From: a virus
Strand: one strand, 5' to 3'
DNA length: 64,000 bases
Virus record (IMG/VR): IMGVR_UViG_3300025168_000033
Location: 64,001 to 128,000 of that record
Position 1 is the first letter of the stretch, and each line of letters opens with the position of its first letter. Position numbers and translations under genes: made by a program. Below the pieces are notes generated by a model. That model had not been told where the DNA came from. It searched no databases and saw only the letters and a list, made by a program, of their open reading frames with translations. Positions 34,558 through 45,493 of the stretch are shown here, piece by piece.

Positions 34558-36756
34558 TTATTTCCATTTGTTTCCACCTTTCTTAACTGTCTGTGCATTA
34601 ATAGCTACATCCGCTTCTATTTGCGTAGTCGATTCAGGTCGTTTCTTTTTATTACCAGCACTAGTAATTCCTCTAGATTGTTTGAATTCTGAAATTACCT
34701 TGTCTAGTTCTGTTTGATTATCCGCATCAGTTTTATAATTATCTGTATATTGCGGATCATTTACATTAGGAGCTTTTGGCTCAATAATTTCATTATCACT
34801 AGTTCCAATATTATTTTCTAGATTGAATATTCTTCTCTTATATTGCGATAAAACTACAGATACTTTATTTATGTAATTCTTTAATTCTTCTTCAGCTAAT
34901 CTTTTTTCAATAATAGTATCTTCAGCAGATTTTAATTTTTTACTGGTTTCTAGATTATCATTTCTTAATGATCGAATTGCGTTATTTAAATTTTTATCTA
35001 TTTGATCTGTGCCAGGTCCTGTATATTTAGCTTTGTAAACTACAGTCTCAGGTCCACCTCCTTCAGGTTTTGCAGATACATAAAGCATTTCATTTGAAGA
35101 TCCGACAAGTTCTTTAGCTTTGTCCGCAGCAATCTTAAATATGACTTCACCTTTTGATTTATTAGCTCCTGAATTATCCAGTTCAGCTATATCAAATTTC
35201 TTATCATTATTTGAGAAAAATTGAAGTGTTAATTTTCCAATTCCATTTAAATTCATTTGAGTTTTTTGACCTAGTTTATCATCAGTATAAATTATGAATC
35301 TATAATAAGAATCAGTTCTATTTATGTCTAGGAATAATTCTCCTTGACCATGAATTTCCGTGTCATTAATTGATGCATTTTCTTTTGCAACAAATATAGT
35401 TTCACCATTTACAACTCGTTGAAATACTGTATCACTAGATAATCCAACATTAGCTGTATTTATAAATGATGTCACATATTTAGTATATCCAGAAGCCTTA
35501 ACTAGAGATTCATCTGCAGTTAATTCACTTCCAACCTGTAATGTTTTTTGAATTATATTATTATAAACATTTGCAATAATAGGATTAGTTCCAATATTTA
35601 ATTTATTTAAATTTTTTGCATATTTCATTACATCAGTATTAATCTTAGTTGCTTTCTTCCAGATCTGAGTATTATCATTTCTATTATATAGTCTAGCAAC
35701 ATAATCAATCCGGTAGCTTACTGCAACAGAGCCATTTTTTATAATAGGTCTAAATGTTATTGCTTCATCAAAACTATCTATTTGAGCAATCTGTAAATCT
35801 TGAGTCTTGGTAAAACCTGTACTTGGAATCTGTTCAAATACTGCAATATCATGCAAAATAATATAGTCACCGCCGTCGTTATTTAATCCAATTATATAGT
35901 TTTCAATATTTAATAAATTATAAAGAGGTTGTAATTGATAGTAATCTCCGTCTGCTGCTTCCTCAACAGATGCAGTAACACCGCTAAATTGATCGGTTTT
36001 ATTTAATGAGATAGTATCCTGATAATATGAATATAAAAATGTATTTCCATTTATTACTTCAACCTTTTCAATAAATCCAAATTTAAATGTAATAGGTTTT
36101 GTTAATGAATATCCAATTGGTGATATTTTATAGGCTGCAAAATCATTAGAACCACCAGCAACATAATCTGCCTGATAGTCAGAAATTAAATTAACTAATG
36201 CTGGAATTTCTATATGAATAAATGATGTATATTGTCTTCCTGCAAATAAAAATGGTGATGCATTTAATTGTGCATAATTATCTTCTTCAAGATATGCAAT
36301 AGATCCAAGAATCTGTCTATTATTTTGTGCATCATCAATACTGGCTTCAAGAATTAATCCTTCATTCTGCTCAAAATTAAATCCTTGAGTAAAATGTAAA
36401 ATAATTTTATCATATACAATAAAGTCTGCTGTCGTAGGACTATTAGGTAAACTTGCAGTAGATGTTAAATTAGTATCTATATCATTATAAGCACTAATCC
36501 CATCTATATTTAAATATGCATATTTTCCGGTAGTTTGATCTATAAGAGTAGCAGCTCTATCTCTAACATTATTAGTAGTAGCTTCGGCTCCATCAGTATT
36601 AAAAAAATGATCAACTCCAGTATAAGCATTAGCCATTTTTAAAATACCTAAAGTACTGGTATTTCGACGATGTGATGCTAGATCTGCTTGATCTGCATAT
36701 TGGTATTCCATCAATACTGATGAAGATAATTGTATAAATTTAGAGCTAGCTGCCAT
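34558..36756 (-). CDS. Putative virion structural protein
   Basis: 732 aa, beta-rich with a C-terminal coiled coil, inside the tail/baseplate operon. Confidence 0.55.
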   Translation of the reverse strand: MAASSKFIQLSSSVLMEYQYADQADLASHRRNTSTLGILKMANAYTGVDHFFNTDGAEATTNNVRDRAATLIDQTTGKYAYLNIDGISAYNDIDTNLTSTASLPNSPTTADFIVYDKIILHFTQGFNFEQNEGLILEASIDDAQNNRQILGSIAYLEEDNYAQLNASPFLFAGRQYTSFIHIEIPALVNLISDYQADYVAGGSNDFAAYKISPIGYSLTKPITFKFGFIEKVEVINGNTFLYSYYQDTISLNKTDQFSGVTASVEEAADGDYYQLQPLYNLLNIENYIIGLNNDGGDYIILHDIAVFEQIPSTGFTKTQDLQIAQIDSFDEAITFRPIIKNGSVAVSYRIDYVARLYNRNDNTQIWKKATKINTDVMKYAKNLNKLNIGTNPIIANVYNNIIQKTLQVGSELTADESLVKASGYTKYVTSFINTANVGLSSDTVFQRVVNGETIFVAKENASINDTEIHGQGELFLDINRTDSYYRFIIYTDDKLGQKTQMNLNGIGKLTLQFFSNNDKKFDIAELDNSGANKSKGEVIFKIAADKAKELVGSSNEMLYVSAKPEGGGPETVVYKAKYTGPGTDQIDKNLNNAIRSLRNDNLETSKKLKSAEDTIIEKRLAEEELKNYINKVSVVLSQYKRRIFNLENNIGTSDNEIIEPKAPNVNDPQYTDNYKTDADNQTELDKVISEFKQSRGITSAGNKKKRPESTTQIEADVAINAQTVKKGGNKWK

Positions 36757-37526
36757 TATCGTTTAAATAATTTTTTTATTGACTTATTAAAATTGTAACT
36801 TATGGCTACTCCTATTTGAGGACCGTAAGTAACATTGTTATTTACAAATTGAAGTCCGTATCCAATAAAAGGACCCGCAACCCATGAACTTTCATTGGAT
36901 TGAATCATGCTCTTATCTATAATAGCTCCTTCAATTTTACCGACCTTAAAATTAGGATAATCTGATGTAACAAATATTTCATAATTTCCATTCTTCTCGA
37001 TTATTCCAGTTTTAAATGTCATACCAAAACTATTAGTATTTAATGAAGCACTGGCATCATAGGATCCTGTTGAATCTATTTTAAATCGAGTAATTCCTTC
37101 AAGTTTTTGAAAATTACCTTCAGAATATATCGAATCATACTCCCATTTAATTCCATTGCTTCCGTCAGAATATTTTATAATTTCGGTTTCTAATAAGGTA
37201 GTATCATGAATTATTATTGTCTCGGTCTTTATAATAACTTTAGGGTTATTCTTAAGATCTTTTATATCATTATATAAAGCCTTATTTAAGTCTTTTAATT
37301 CTTTCTTAGAAGCAATGAGAATACCCTTCTCATATACTAGATCACCATTTCTAGACCTATAGGTTTTAATGCTATCGCTTAAAGCTGTTGAATTATTTAT
37401 AGTAATTGCAAGCTCATCATTAATATTAGAAGATATATTGCACTGTCTGAATAGCAAGATTGCCAATATGACAATTGCTATCCAGGTAATTATATTTAAG
37501 CTCGTTTTTTTCATAAAATTATTCAA
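36756..37526 (-). CDS. Membrane-anchored protein, possibly spanin-like
   Basis: N-terminal TM helix followed by RQC, coiled coil, C-terminal amphipathic beta strands (WVAGPFIGYG..GPQIGVAISYNF). Confidence 0.5.
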   Translation of the reverse strand: MNNFMKKTSLNIITWIAIVILAILLFRQCNISSNINDELAITINNSTALSDSIKTYRSRNGDLVYEKGILIASKKELKDLNKALYNDIKDLKNNPKVIIKTETIIIHDTTLLETEIIKYSDGSNGIKWEYDSIYSEGNFQKLEGITRFKIDSTGSYDASASLNTNSFGMTFKTGIIEKNGNYEIFVTSDYPNFKVGKIEGAIIDKSMIQSNESSWVAGPFIGYGLQFVNNNVTYGPQIGVAISYNFNKSIKKLFKR

Positions 37527-40500
37527 AACGTTGTTCTTTAAAATTCACAGTACATTGCGCACTACCAGTACTTCTTCTACCTACTACAAAACAACGCCAT
37601 TTACATCCAGCAGGCACATACATTGACATTGTGCCAAGGTTACCCTCAATTTCAGCCATTTGTTCAAAACCATAAGGCACCGCACCACTGCTAATATAAT
37701 ATTTTCCAAAATTTCCGCCTGGTCCATTTTCAAGATAAAAGGCAGCACGAAACATTCGAGCCGCACTATTACCACCGGTAGGGTGATTCTGACTAGACAT
37801 AGTTATTATTCTATCATAAGTTCTAGAAGGCATATCATTAACAGTTGCATTATTAAAAACTGAACTTCCACCGTAAAAGTTATAACTAGAACTAAGGTAA
37901 TTATATGTTGTTGGTTGAGGACTAGTTACCGACGTACTTGTTGTTGTACCAACCGTTACCCATGCTACTGTTGTAGTAGTTGTAGTAGTTGTAGTTGCTT
38001 TAGTATAATTAAGAATAGCGTCATTACTAGTAAATGTAGATTTCATTGTTGACGAAGTATTAGTTGCTACTTGGGTTTGCCACTTAGCAGTTCCGTCAGA
38101 AGCAGTACACGTCAATATTTTATTGGCTCCAGGATTAGTAGTTCCTCCAGAAATTTTAATAGTATCTGTGGTAGTTAAATTTATAGCTGATGATGCACCG
38201 CTAGTTTGAATAGTAATATCTCCTTGATTTCCACCCGTCGCAGTACCGTTACCATAACTTTTTATTACAATATCTCTATCAGCTAATATTTCAATATCAT
38301 TACTAGATCCACCTGTAGCATTCAATTTTATGTCATCTTTCGAATCTATAAGTATATCTTTTGCAGCATAAAGATAAATTTCATCAGCAGAATCTAAATA
38401 AATAGAACTTGAAGTATTAGTAGTACGAATTACCATATCTATTAATGCACCACCTGCAATTCCAGTAACGGCTCCTGAAGAAAGGAAATTTCCGGAAGAT
38501 TCTATGACAAATCGTCCGTGATAACCAAAATCAGTACTACTAGCACTTCTACCACTTTGACCGCTACCTTGTTCTATAAATATCTTCCCATACATATTTA
38601 TAGGATTTAATGTATGTCCACTAACAGTCATCGAATCTCGTTTATCCCATAATGTAATAGCTGAGCCTCCGTTTTTGATTCCAGTAGAAGGAGAATAAAT
38701 ATTTAATTTTCCATAAGGATTTGGCGCATAAGCATAAGTACTACCGGATCCTAAAGATGTATGTAGATTCATATCATCTTTAGGATCTTCAGTTTTACTT
38801 CCTAAATATAATGTAGATCTATCATTACCATCGCCATTAAACATTATATCACTATAATGCTTTCCAATATTAGTATATTGATTTGTACCAGTATCAAATC
38901 CAGGAGAATTTGCAGTCAATTTAATACCACCTGCAATATTTACTTTATCTGTTGTATATTTGGTTCTAGTATATGTAATACCAGATCCAAAATTAAATAC
39001 TACTGGTTTAGTAGCAGGTGAGCCTGAATAACCTGGAACACCGTTAGGCAAACCAGATACCGTACCCCAAGTAAAATTATTTGCTGTAGTAGGAACGGTA
39101 CTGTCATAACTACCATATATTGCCCCAGCAGCATCACTCGTAGTACCATTCCGTTTAACCTGCTGTATTGCAGTATAATTATTAATATCATATCCTAGAG
39201 CCATTCTTGGTCTTATAGAATCATTTCCACTTCCAATAAGAAGAGTTTTATATTGTTGTCCACCAGCAGCAATATCACCGGTTAAAAAATTACTCGGCAT
39301 ACTATGTTTTCCAATAGTAACTCCTTCAAGAATATTATTATCATCCTGTAATTTTATTCTACCATCGTAACTTCTTATTGCAATAGGTTCTAATAATTTA
39401 GTCGAACTAGAACCTAAATCCGTTCCAGCTGCAGTTGGTGTAAAACCAGTACTTGTTCTACTATCACCAGCAACATAAATTTTAAATTCACTTTCATACA
39501 ATTCACCTTGCCCTGGTCGATTCATATGAATTCTCCAGCCAGCACCAGATTCTTCATTCTTCCAATAACTATCCCAAAGAATATTGCTACTTACTGCTTC
39601 ACCACGACCCATAGATAAAGCACCATTTAAAATTTTGACAGAATATTGCCAGTGTATACCTGGAGAAGTTGTTAAAGGATCCCCAATTTTTAATGTATTT
39701 CTTATTGCAGCTTCACCGCCACGAGTAATACGAAATTGTTCTACTAACGAAGAACCATTCAAAGTTGTATAATTTATTTTCGCTTCATCAAGAGTAAAAT
39801 TCTCATCTCGAGTTCCAGTTAATAGCCTTAAATTAATATCTCCGTTCGATTTTTCTGTTTGTATTCTTATAGTACCGGTTCCAGATGTGTCACCTACACT
39901 TATATTTGCATTTTGATTTTTTGCATTCAAAAATACTTTTCCTGATGGTCCCTTTGCATTTAATGTAATATCTCCTTCAGATCCACTTATACTATCAGTT
40001 CTAGTACTATCAATAGTAAATCCTGATGCTCCTTTAAAAATATTTGCATACTTATTAAAATCTGGACTTCCGATAACTGCATCACCAGAAGTATATTCAC
40101 CACCTAGTCCTAAATAAATACCGGCATTTAAATTAGATTGCATTATTAATGCAGTTGGTTGCTCACTTGGACCAGGGGCATTACTAGCAGTTACAGCATC
40201 TTCTAAATGTCCAAAAACATGTACATTAACTCCGGCTTTATTTCCATCGTTAAACCCAAAGAAATCCGGCGTATTACGATCATTAAGAGGGGTGGCAATA
40301 TCCGTTGCAACATATTCACCACCATTAAGAACACCTTGATATCTTTTTATATCTGCTGAAACTCCGTCAGCACCAGTATCTCCTTTGACACCTTTTATAT
40401 TTATAGTAGATACCCAAGTTGAACCAGTATAATTCCAAACAGTCCCACCAATATCTAATACTTTATCATTAGCTAATGAAGTACTTAAAAAAGTAGCACC

Positions 40501-40701
40501 ACTTGTTCCACTAACATTGCTAGTATTCCATTGAGATCCTCGAACCCCGTTAGCACCATTAGGTCCTACGGGTCCTGCAATTCCAATAGGTCCTGGGGGT
40601 CCGCCTCCGCTCAATATTAATTGATCAAAGTTAAAATTAAGTTTTTCTATTGCCTGTGATAACGAATCCGATGAGATAAGTTCTTTAATTTGTATTGGCA
40701 T
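37519..40701 (-). CDS. Tail fibre / fibre-like protein with collagen-like segment
   Basis: EKLNFNFDQL N-terminal anchor, GPPGPIGIAGPVGPNGANGVRG, G/S/T-rich beta repeats, Thr9 tract. Confidence 0.7.
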   Translation of the reverse strand: MPIQIKELISSDSLSQAIEKLNFNFDQLILSGGGPPGPIGIAGPVGPNGANGVRGSQWNTSNVSGTSGATFLSTSLANDKVLDIGGTVWNYTGSTWVSTINIKGVKGDTGADGVSADIKRYQGVLNGGEYVATDIATPLNDRNTPDFFGFNDGNKAGVNVHVFGHLEDAVTASNAPGPSEQPTALIMQSNLNAGIYLGLGGEYTSGDAVIGSPDFNKYANIFKGASGFTIDSTRTDSISGSEGDITLNAKGPSGKVFLNAKNQNANISVGDTSGTGTIRIQTEKSNGDINLRLLTGTRDENFTLDEAKINYTTLNGSSLVEQFRITRGGEAAIRNTLKIGDPLTTSPGIHWQYSVKILNGALSMGRGEAVSSNILWDSYWKNEESGAGWRIHMNRPGQGELYESEFKIYVAGDSRTSTGFTPTAAGTDLGSSSTKLLEPIAIRSYDGRIKLQDDNNILEGVTIGKHSMPSNFLTGDIAAGGQQYKTLLIGSGNDSIRPRMALGYDINNYTAIQQVKRNGTTSDAAGAIYGSYDSTVPTTANNFTWGTVSGLPNGVPGYSGSPATKPVVFNFGSGITYTRTKYTTDKVNIAGGIKLTANSPGFDTGTNQYTNIGKHYSDIMFNGDGNDRSTLYLGSKTEDPKDDMNLHTSLGSGSTYAYAPNPYGKLNIYSPSTGIKNGGSAITLWDKRDSMTVSGHTLNPINMYGKIFIEQGSGQSGRSASSTDFGYHGRFVIESSGNFLSSGAVTGIAGGALIDMVIRTTNTSSSIYLDSADEIYLYAAKDILIDSKDDIKLNATGGSSNDIEILADRDIVIKSYGNGTATGGNQGDITIQTSGASSAINLTTTDTIKISGGTTNPGANKILTCTASDGTAKWQTQVATNTSSTMKSTFTSNDAILNYTKATTTTTTTTTVAWVTVGTTTSTSVTSPQPTTYNYLSSSYNFYGGSSVFNNATVNDMPSRTYDRIITMSSQNHPTGGNSAARMFRAAFYLENGPGGNFGKYYISSGAVPYGFEQMAEIEGNLGTMSMYVPAGCKWRCFVVGRRSTGSAQCTVNFKEQRFE

Positions 40702-40709
40702 CTATTAAT

Positions 40710-43700
40710 TTATTTTTTTCTTAATAATACCTTAAGGGAAATTGAAGTTAATTTCCTTTCTTCTGGTATGTTATATATCAATTTAAAATTCAAATTAGAA
40801 TTAACTAGATTCTGAGTTCTAAAGTTTCTTGTATTTTGAAAACTATATATTCTTCTATCAGTATCATTAAGGCCTAATTCTAATAATTCAAAGCTATTGA
40901 TATTATTTCTATATCGTAATTCACTTAATTCTATTGTGTCTATAGAATATACTTTTAAAATATTTTGTTTAATATATGATTTGACATCATCATTTATAGT
41001 ATCTTTTAATCCTGTTGATAATGCTGGATTAACAAATGTAGTAAATACTGATGAAATATTATCACCTATTAAATATTTTTCTAAAGCCTTTTCAATATAT
41101 ACCCATAATTCAACTATTGGCGGATTATTAAATGCCAAAGTAGTAGAATCATTATTTGTTCTTCCTGTATTTCCAGAAACTGTTGTATTTTCACCAGTAT
41201 TTTGAATTCTACTTACAATATCAAAATCAAGATCAGACGGTAAAAATAATTCTCTACCTCCTATTTTTGAATCATTAATATCTATATCATTGAATGATTC
41301 TAGCTCTATAGTTTCTGGAAGATTCATTATTTTAGATCCGTAAAAAGATCTTTTTTCAAGCATACTATGAGTACCTTTAATTTTTTTGAATGATGCCTTA
41401 TCATCATATCTTAAGAAATAATCGTTGCTCCAATTAGATAAAGTTGTATCAAAATCAAGATAATTAATAGCAATCTCATTAATCTTTGGATATACTGGAT
41501 TGAATCCATCTATACGAGTAAGTTCAAGTAATCCTTTAGGATTGTTTTCATTTACCTTATTATGATACATGTTTTTTATTTTTGCAAATCCTTCAGCGGC
41601 AGTATCAAATGTTACATTATCTATAATACCGTCGACCTTATCAGCAGCTATTCCTTGATTTGTTAATGCAGGTTTTAATGTAGTAACATCATTCTTATAG
41701 AATAAAACATCTTTAAATCTTGGCGTATAATTACCATTATATCTTGTAATAGGAGCAACATAAGTTCTATTAAGAAATTCTAATGTAGATCCAATAGAAT
41801 CCGATGTAGTAGAAAATGTTGTAGGTCTATTAAAATCTTCAATCGATCCAAATGTAGTTACTTTATTTTCCTGCTCAGGTTTTAATAGCTCAATTAAATA
41901 TGAATTAGATTTAGCAGCTACGCCAGTAGAACCAACGTCCCAGTATTCTATAACTGGATCTCCACTATTAATCTTATCAGCTATTGTTGCAAATGAGATA
42001 TTATTCATCATTCGTTTATGTGCATTAAATCCACCAGGATAAATTGGCGCAGTTGCAACTCTATTATTTAATGAAAGTGGTGATCCACTTGCCCAAATAT
42101 CATTTGTAATATCAGTAGTAACACCACTAGTTTCAAGTTCAATAGTTTTACAAATAATAGAATTAGTATAAACTTTTTTAATTCCTTTATATGTAAGCTT
42201 ATCACCTGAAAAATATGTAATAATAATATCACCATATTCACCACCAGCACTTGCATTTATGTCATTTGAAAAATTTGGAATAGATTTATCGAGTCCATCA
42301 ACTCTACTTAAACCTGGTATTTTAAGTAATCCAAAAAACGGATCTAATACATCTGTTATTCCATAACAATCTCGTGGTGATCTTGGATCTATTACTGTAA
42401 GGCTACCATAAATTTCTAATGTTCCTGATACTTCAATTGTTTTATATACTGTTGGATCATTTATATCCCCAGTAGCATATAATGCAGCTTTATCATATTT
42501 GTGATCTGCAGTATACAGTATTGTCCGATCAAAATATCTTGACGGTGTACTGGTTGCACTAGCACCTACTGTCGGTTCAAATAATTCATCCTCAAATCCA
42601 ATACCAATTACAAAAGTTATATGCTTAAATGTATCATTCTTAATAAATCTATATCTTAAATTCGAATCATCGTCAAATACAAGAACTGCACTAAATTTAT
42701 AATCATTAAATTTGTCAGTTGCTTCAGTAATTATATCATTAATATTAAATTTAATCTCTTGATCTGTATTACTTTTTTCAGATATTTTAACTTTAATTCC
42801 TCTAAAAAATGTTTCTGCAAAATTAGCAGTATCACCACCACTAAATATCGAATATTTAAATTTAGTTGGAAATTCTACAGATCCAGCCTTATCTTGTGTG
42901 AAATATTCAAGAAATTTATCAACAGTTACATTATATAAATCTACAAGATCTAATTCGCTATCAAAATAGCTATATGATTTTTTCTTTTCATCATCAGTCA
43001 TATATGCAGGATAGCTCTGAAGATAGTACCATTCATGTGTATAGAATTTTGGATCCTGATTAAATGCATTAAATGAAGGAGAAAAATTAGAATATCTAAA
43101 TGCTTCAGATACATCAAATCTATAGTCGTTTTCTCTAACATCTTTACCTTGATCGTCATAAACCCATTTATTAATAAATGGAATTATTCGTGATTGAGTC
43201 GATAAATTAAGATTAATATTTTCATTTAATCTGTCATATTCATTAACATTATTTAATGTCATTTCACCGCTAAGTTCGTCAATATCACCAGCTAATTTAA
43301 TAAATCCACCAGAAGTTATAAACTGTGAAGTAGGTCCTATTAATTTATTTATCGCTGTAACACCAGTACTTCCTATAGCAGCAGCTTCTTGATAAGCTAA
43401 TAAACTTGTAGGATTTGAATCAACATCGTTAGTATAATCAGTATTATGGAAATCAAAATCGAAATCTTTTACTGGATACATACTTAAAAATCCAGTTCCA
43501 TTTTCAACCGTATCATATAATGTAATTTTACGTCCGCTATTAATTGAAATTACTTGATCCGCATCTTCAATTTGAACAACTCGATATTTATCAAAGTCAT
43601 TTAATTTTATTATATCAGATCCAAGAGGACCGAATGAAGGATTATCTAAATAATGATTTACACTTTTTATTTTACTCCATCCAGTCTGAGTTTTTAAATA

Positions 43701-45491
43701 TTTATCAGTTGTAAGTACAACAATATCTTCACTATTTACTACAACATAATTTTCTTTGGAATCTGTTCCGCCAGTAAAAGTCGTTTTTGCAACAAATCCT
43801 GTAGTTTCAAGAGCTGTTGATGGTATTACAGTTGAATAACTTGCGCCTATCGCTGGTACATAATCAACACCAAAAATATTTATTGTATCTGATGAATTTA
43901 ATTTATATGATTGAATTTCTATTTTATTCCAAATGGTATTAACAAATCTTGAATAAACAATAACTTTAGTTCCTACTTCAACTGCTCTAAAAATTTCACG
44001 ATCACCATCTAATTTAATTATATTATTCAGTGCCTTTCTTAAAGCAATTGCCACCTGTTCTTTAGTTCCATTTAAACTATATGTTCTTCCAGCAATAGTA
44101 CCAGCAGGTAATCCTGAAGTTGCTGTAACCGTATGTGATAATACTGAATCTTTATGCGTACCATAATCAGAAGGATTATCATAAATTTCTTTTACTCTAA
44201 TTTGATCACCGCTAAAAGGATTATTTGTTATATCAATTATTGCATAAGGGCGACCATAATCTTTTGGTCTAAAAGCATCTATAGAATCAATAGGCTTGGA
44301 GAATCCTGTAAATGATTCCCAATTTACAGTTTTATCATCTATTCTTAATTGAGTGTTATCATCCCATAGACCACCGTTCTTTAAAGAATATAATTTTCCT
44401 GTTTTATCTTTTACAAATCCAAATCGTGGAATATTATCAAAATATTCATCTTTTGGAATAACTCCAGACTGTTTATCCAGATAGATTTTTATTCCATTTT
44501 CATTTGTTTGTATTTGGGATTCTATATTATCAGCATATCCAACAGTATCAGATTCCGGCTTTGGTAATTGAATAACTTCATTAGTCCTATCTGCAAATAA
44601 TGCAGCCCCATTTAATTTAAATTTCCCAATTTCTTCTGCATTACAGTAGAATCCAAAATATCTATTTATTTCATATTTTTTTGCATCAACATCATCAAAT
44701 AGAAATTCCATATTTAAGATATTTGCACATACTATTCCGTTAGTTTGAAAACCATTTGTAATTAAATTTTCTATTTCCATGATTGTCTTATCACGAATTA
44801 AAAGATCCTCATACATGAATGCCTTTTTCTCTGTCATTTCACCTCTATCAAATGATATTCCGTTCCATGTGGTAAATTCATTTTTTACAAAATTTATATT
44901 TATAGGAGCTTCAGGAAACAATTCATCTTTTACATGCCTTCTAATATATCTTCCAATATTTGTATTTTCTGTAAGGTCTATAATAGCATGAATTTTACTA
45001 GATTCTATAATATTTTTATAAAAATCATTATCAATACTAGTAGCAGTTGCTGTATATCCGACAGGATCTGGATTCTTAAATACTACGAAATAATCAGGGA
45101 TATTAAGCGGTTCTAACCATAACGGCGCAAATACTGCAAATTCTTCATTATATAATTTTGAAATTTTTGGATATGCACCGGCGGAATAAGTCATATCATA
45201 TTGTTCCTTAAAATTAGATTTAACAGATAAACTATCATCTTTAATTACGGGTGAATATGCTATAGCTTTAGGGAATTTTCCTTTATCGTAAAAGTTAAAA
45301 AGATCTTGTGAATAACTTCCACCACTTACTTTAAAACCTTTGAATCTTGCATCCGATAATTCTTCAGCTTCATCAAATGATTCCAGAAAGATTTTATCTT
45401 TTGAATCTACTACAACTTTAATATTGGTAGTAAGCTTTGAATTAGTTCTAGTCATCCCAAAGCTTACTTTTTGTAAAATACGTTTAGCCAT
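40710..45491 (-). CDS. Very large putative baseplate/tail structural protein
   Basis: 1593 aa, in the structural operon; no recognised family. Confidence 0.55.
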   Translation of the reverse strand: MAKRILQKVSFGMTRTNSKLTTNIKVVVDSKDKIFLESFDEAEELSDARFKGFKVSGGSYSQDLFNFYDKGKFPKAIAYSPVIKDDSLSVKSNFKEQYDMTYSAGAYPKISKLYNEEFAVFAPLWLEPLNIPDYFVVFKNPDPVGYTATATSIDNDFYKNIIESSKIHAIIDLTENTNIGRYIRRHVKDELFPEAPININFVKNEFTTWNGISFDRGEMTEKKAFMYEDLLIRDKTIMEIENLITNGFQTNGIVCANILNMEFLFDDVDAKKYEINRYFGFYCNAEEIGKFKLNGAALFADRTNEVIQLPKPESDTVGYADNIESQIQTNENGIKIYLDKQSGVIPKDEYFDNIPRFGFVKDKTGKLYSLKNGGLWDDNTQLRIDDKTVNWESFTGFSKPIDSIDAFRPKDYGRPYAIIDITNNPFSGDQIRVKEIYDNPSDYGTHKDSVLSHTVTATSGLPAGTIAGRTYSLNGTKEQVAIALRKALNNIIKLDGDREIFRAVEVGTKVIVYSRFVNTIWNKIEIQSYKLNSSDTINIFGVDYVPAIGASYSTVIPSTALETTGFVAKTTFTGGTDSKENYVVVNSEDIVVLTTDKYLKTQTGWSKIKSVNHYLDNPSFGPLGSDIIKLNDFDKYRVVQIEDADQVISINSGRKITLYDTVENGTGFLSMYPVKDFDFDFHNTDYTNDVDSNPTSLLAYQEAAAIGSTGVTAINKLIGPTSQFITSGGFIKLAGDIDELSGEMTLNNVNEYDRLNENINLNLSTQSRIIPFINKWVYDDQGKDVRENDYRFDVSEAFRYSNFSPSFNAFNQDPKFYTHEWYYLQSYPAYMTDDEKKKSYSYFDSELDLVDLYNVTVDKFLEYFTQDKAGSVEFPTKFKYSIFSGGDTANFAETFFRGIKVKISEKSNTDQEIKFNINDIITEATDKFNDYKFSAVLVFDDDSNLRYRFIKNDTFKHITFVIGIGFEDELFEPTVGASATSTPSRYFDRTILYTADHKYDKAALYATGDINDPTVYKTIEVSGTLEIYGSLTVIDPRSPRDCYGITDVLDPFFGLLKIPGLSRVDGLDKSIPNFSNDINASAGGEYGDIIITYFSGDKLTYKGIKKVYTNSIICKTIELETSGVTTDITNDIWASGSPLSLNNRVATAPIYPGGFNAHKRMMNNISFATIADKINSGDPVIEYWDVGSTGVAAKSNSYLIELLKPEQENKVTTFGSIEDFNRPTTFSTTSDSIGSTLEFLNRTYVAPITRYNGNYTPRFKDVLFYKNDVTTLKPALTNQGIAADKVDGIIDNVTFDTAAEGFAKIKNMYHNKVNENNPKGLLELTRIDGFNPVYPKINEIAINYLDFDTTLSNWSNDYFLRYDDKASFKKIKGTHSMLEKRSFYGSKIMNLPETIELESFNDIDINDSKIGGRELFLPSDLDFDIVSRIQNTGENTTVSGNTGRTNNDSTTLAFNNPPIVELWVYIEKALEKYLIGDNISSVFTTFVNPALSTGLKDTINDDVKSYIKQNILKVYSIDTIELSELRYRNNINSFELLELGLNDTDRRIYSFQNTRNFRTQNLVNSNLNFKLIYNIPEERKLTSISLKVLLRKK

Positions 45492-45493
45492 TA

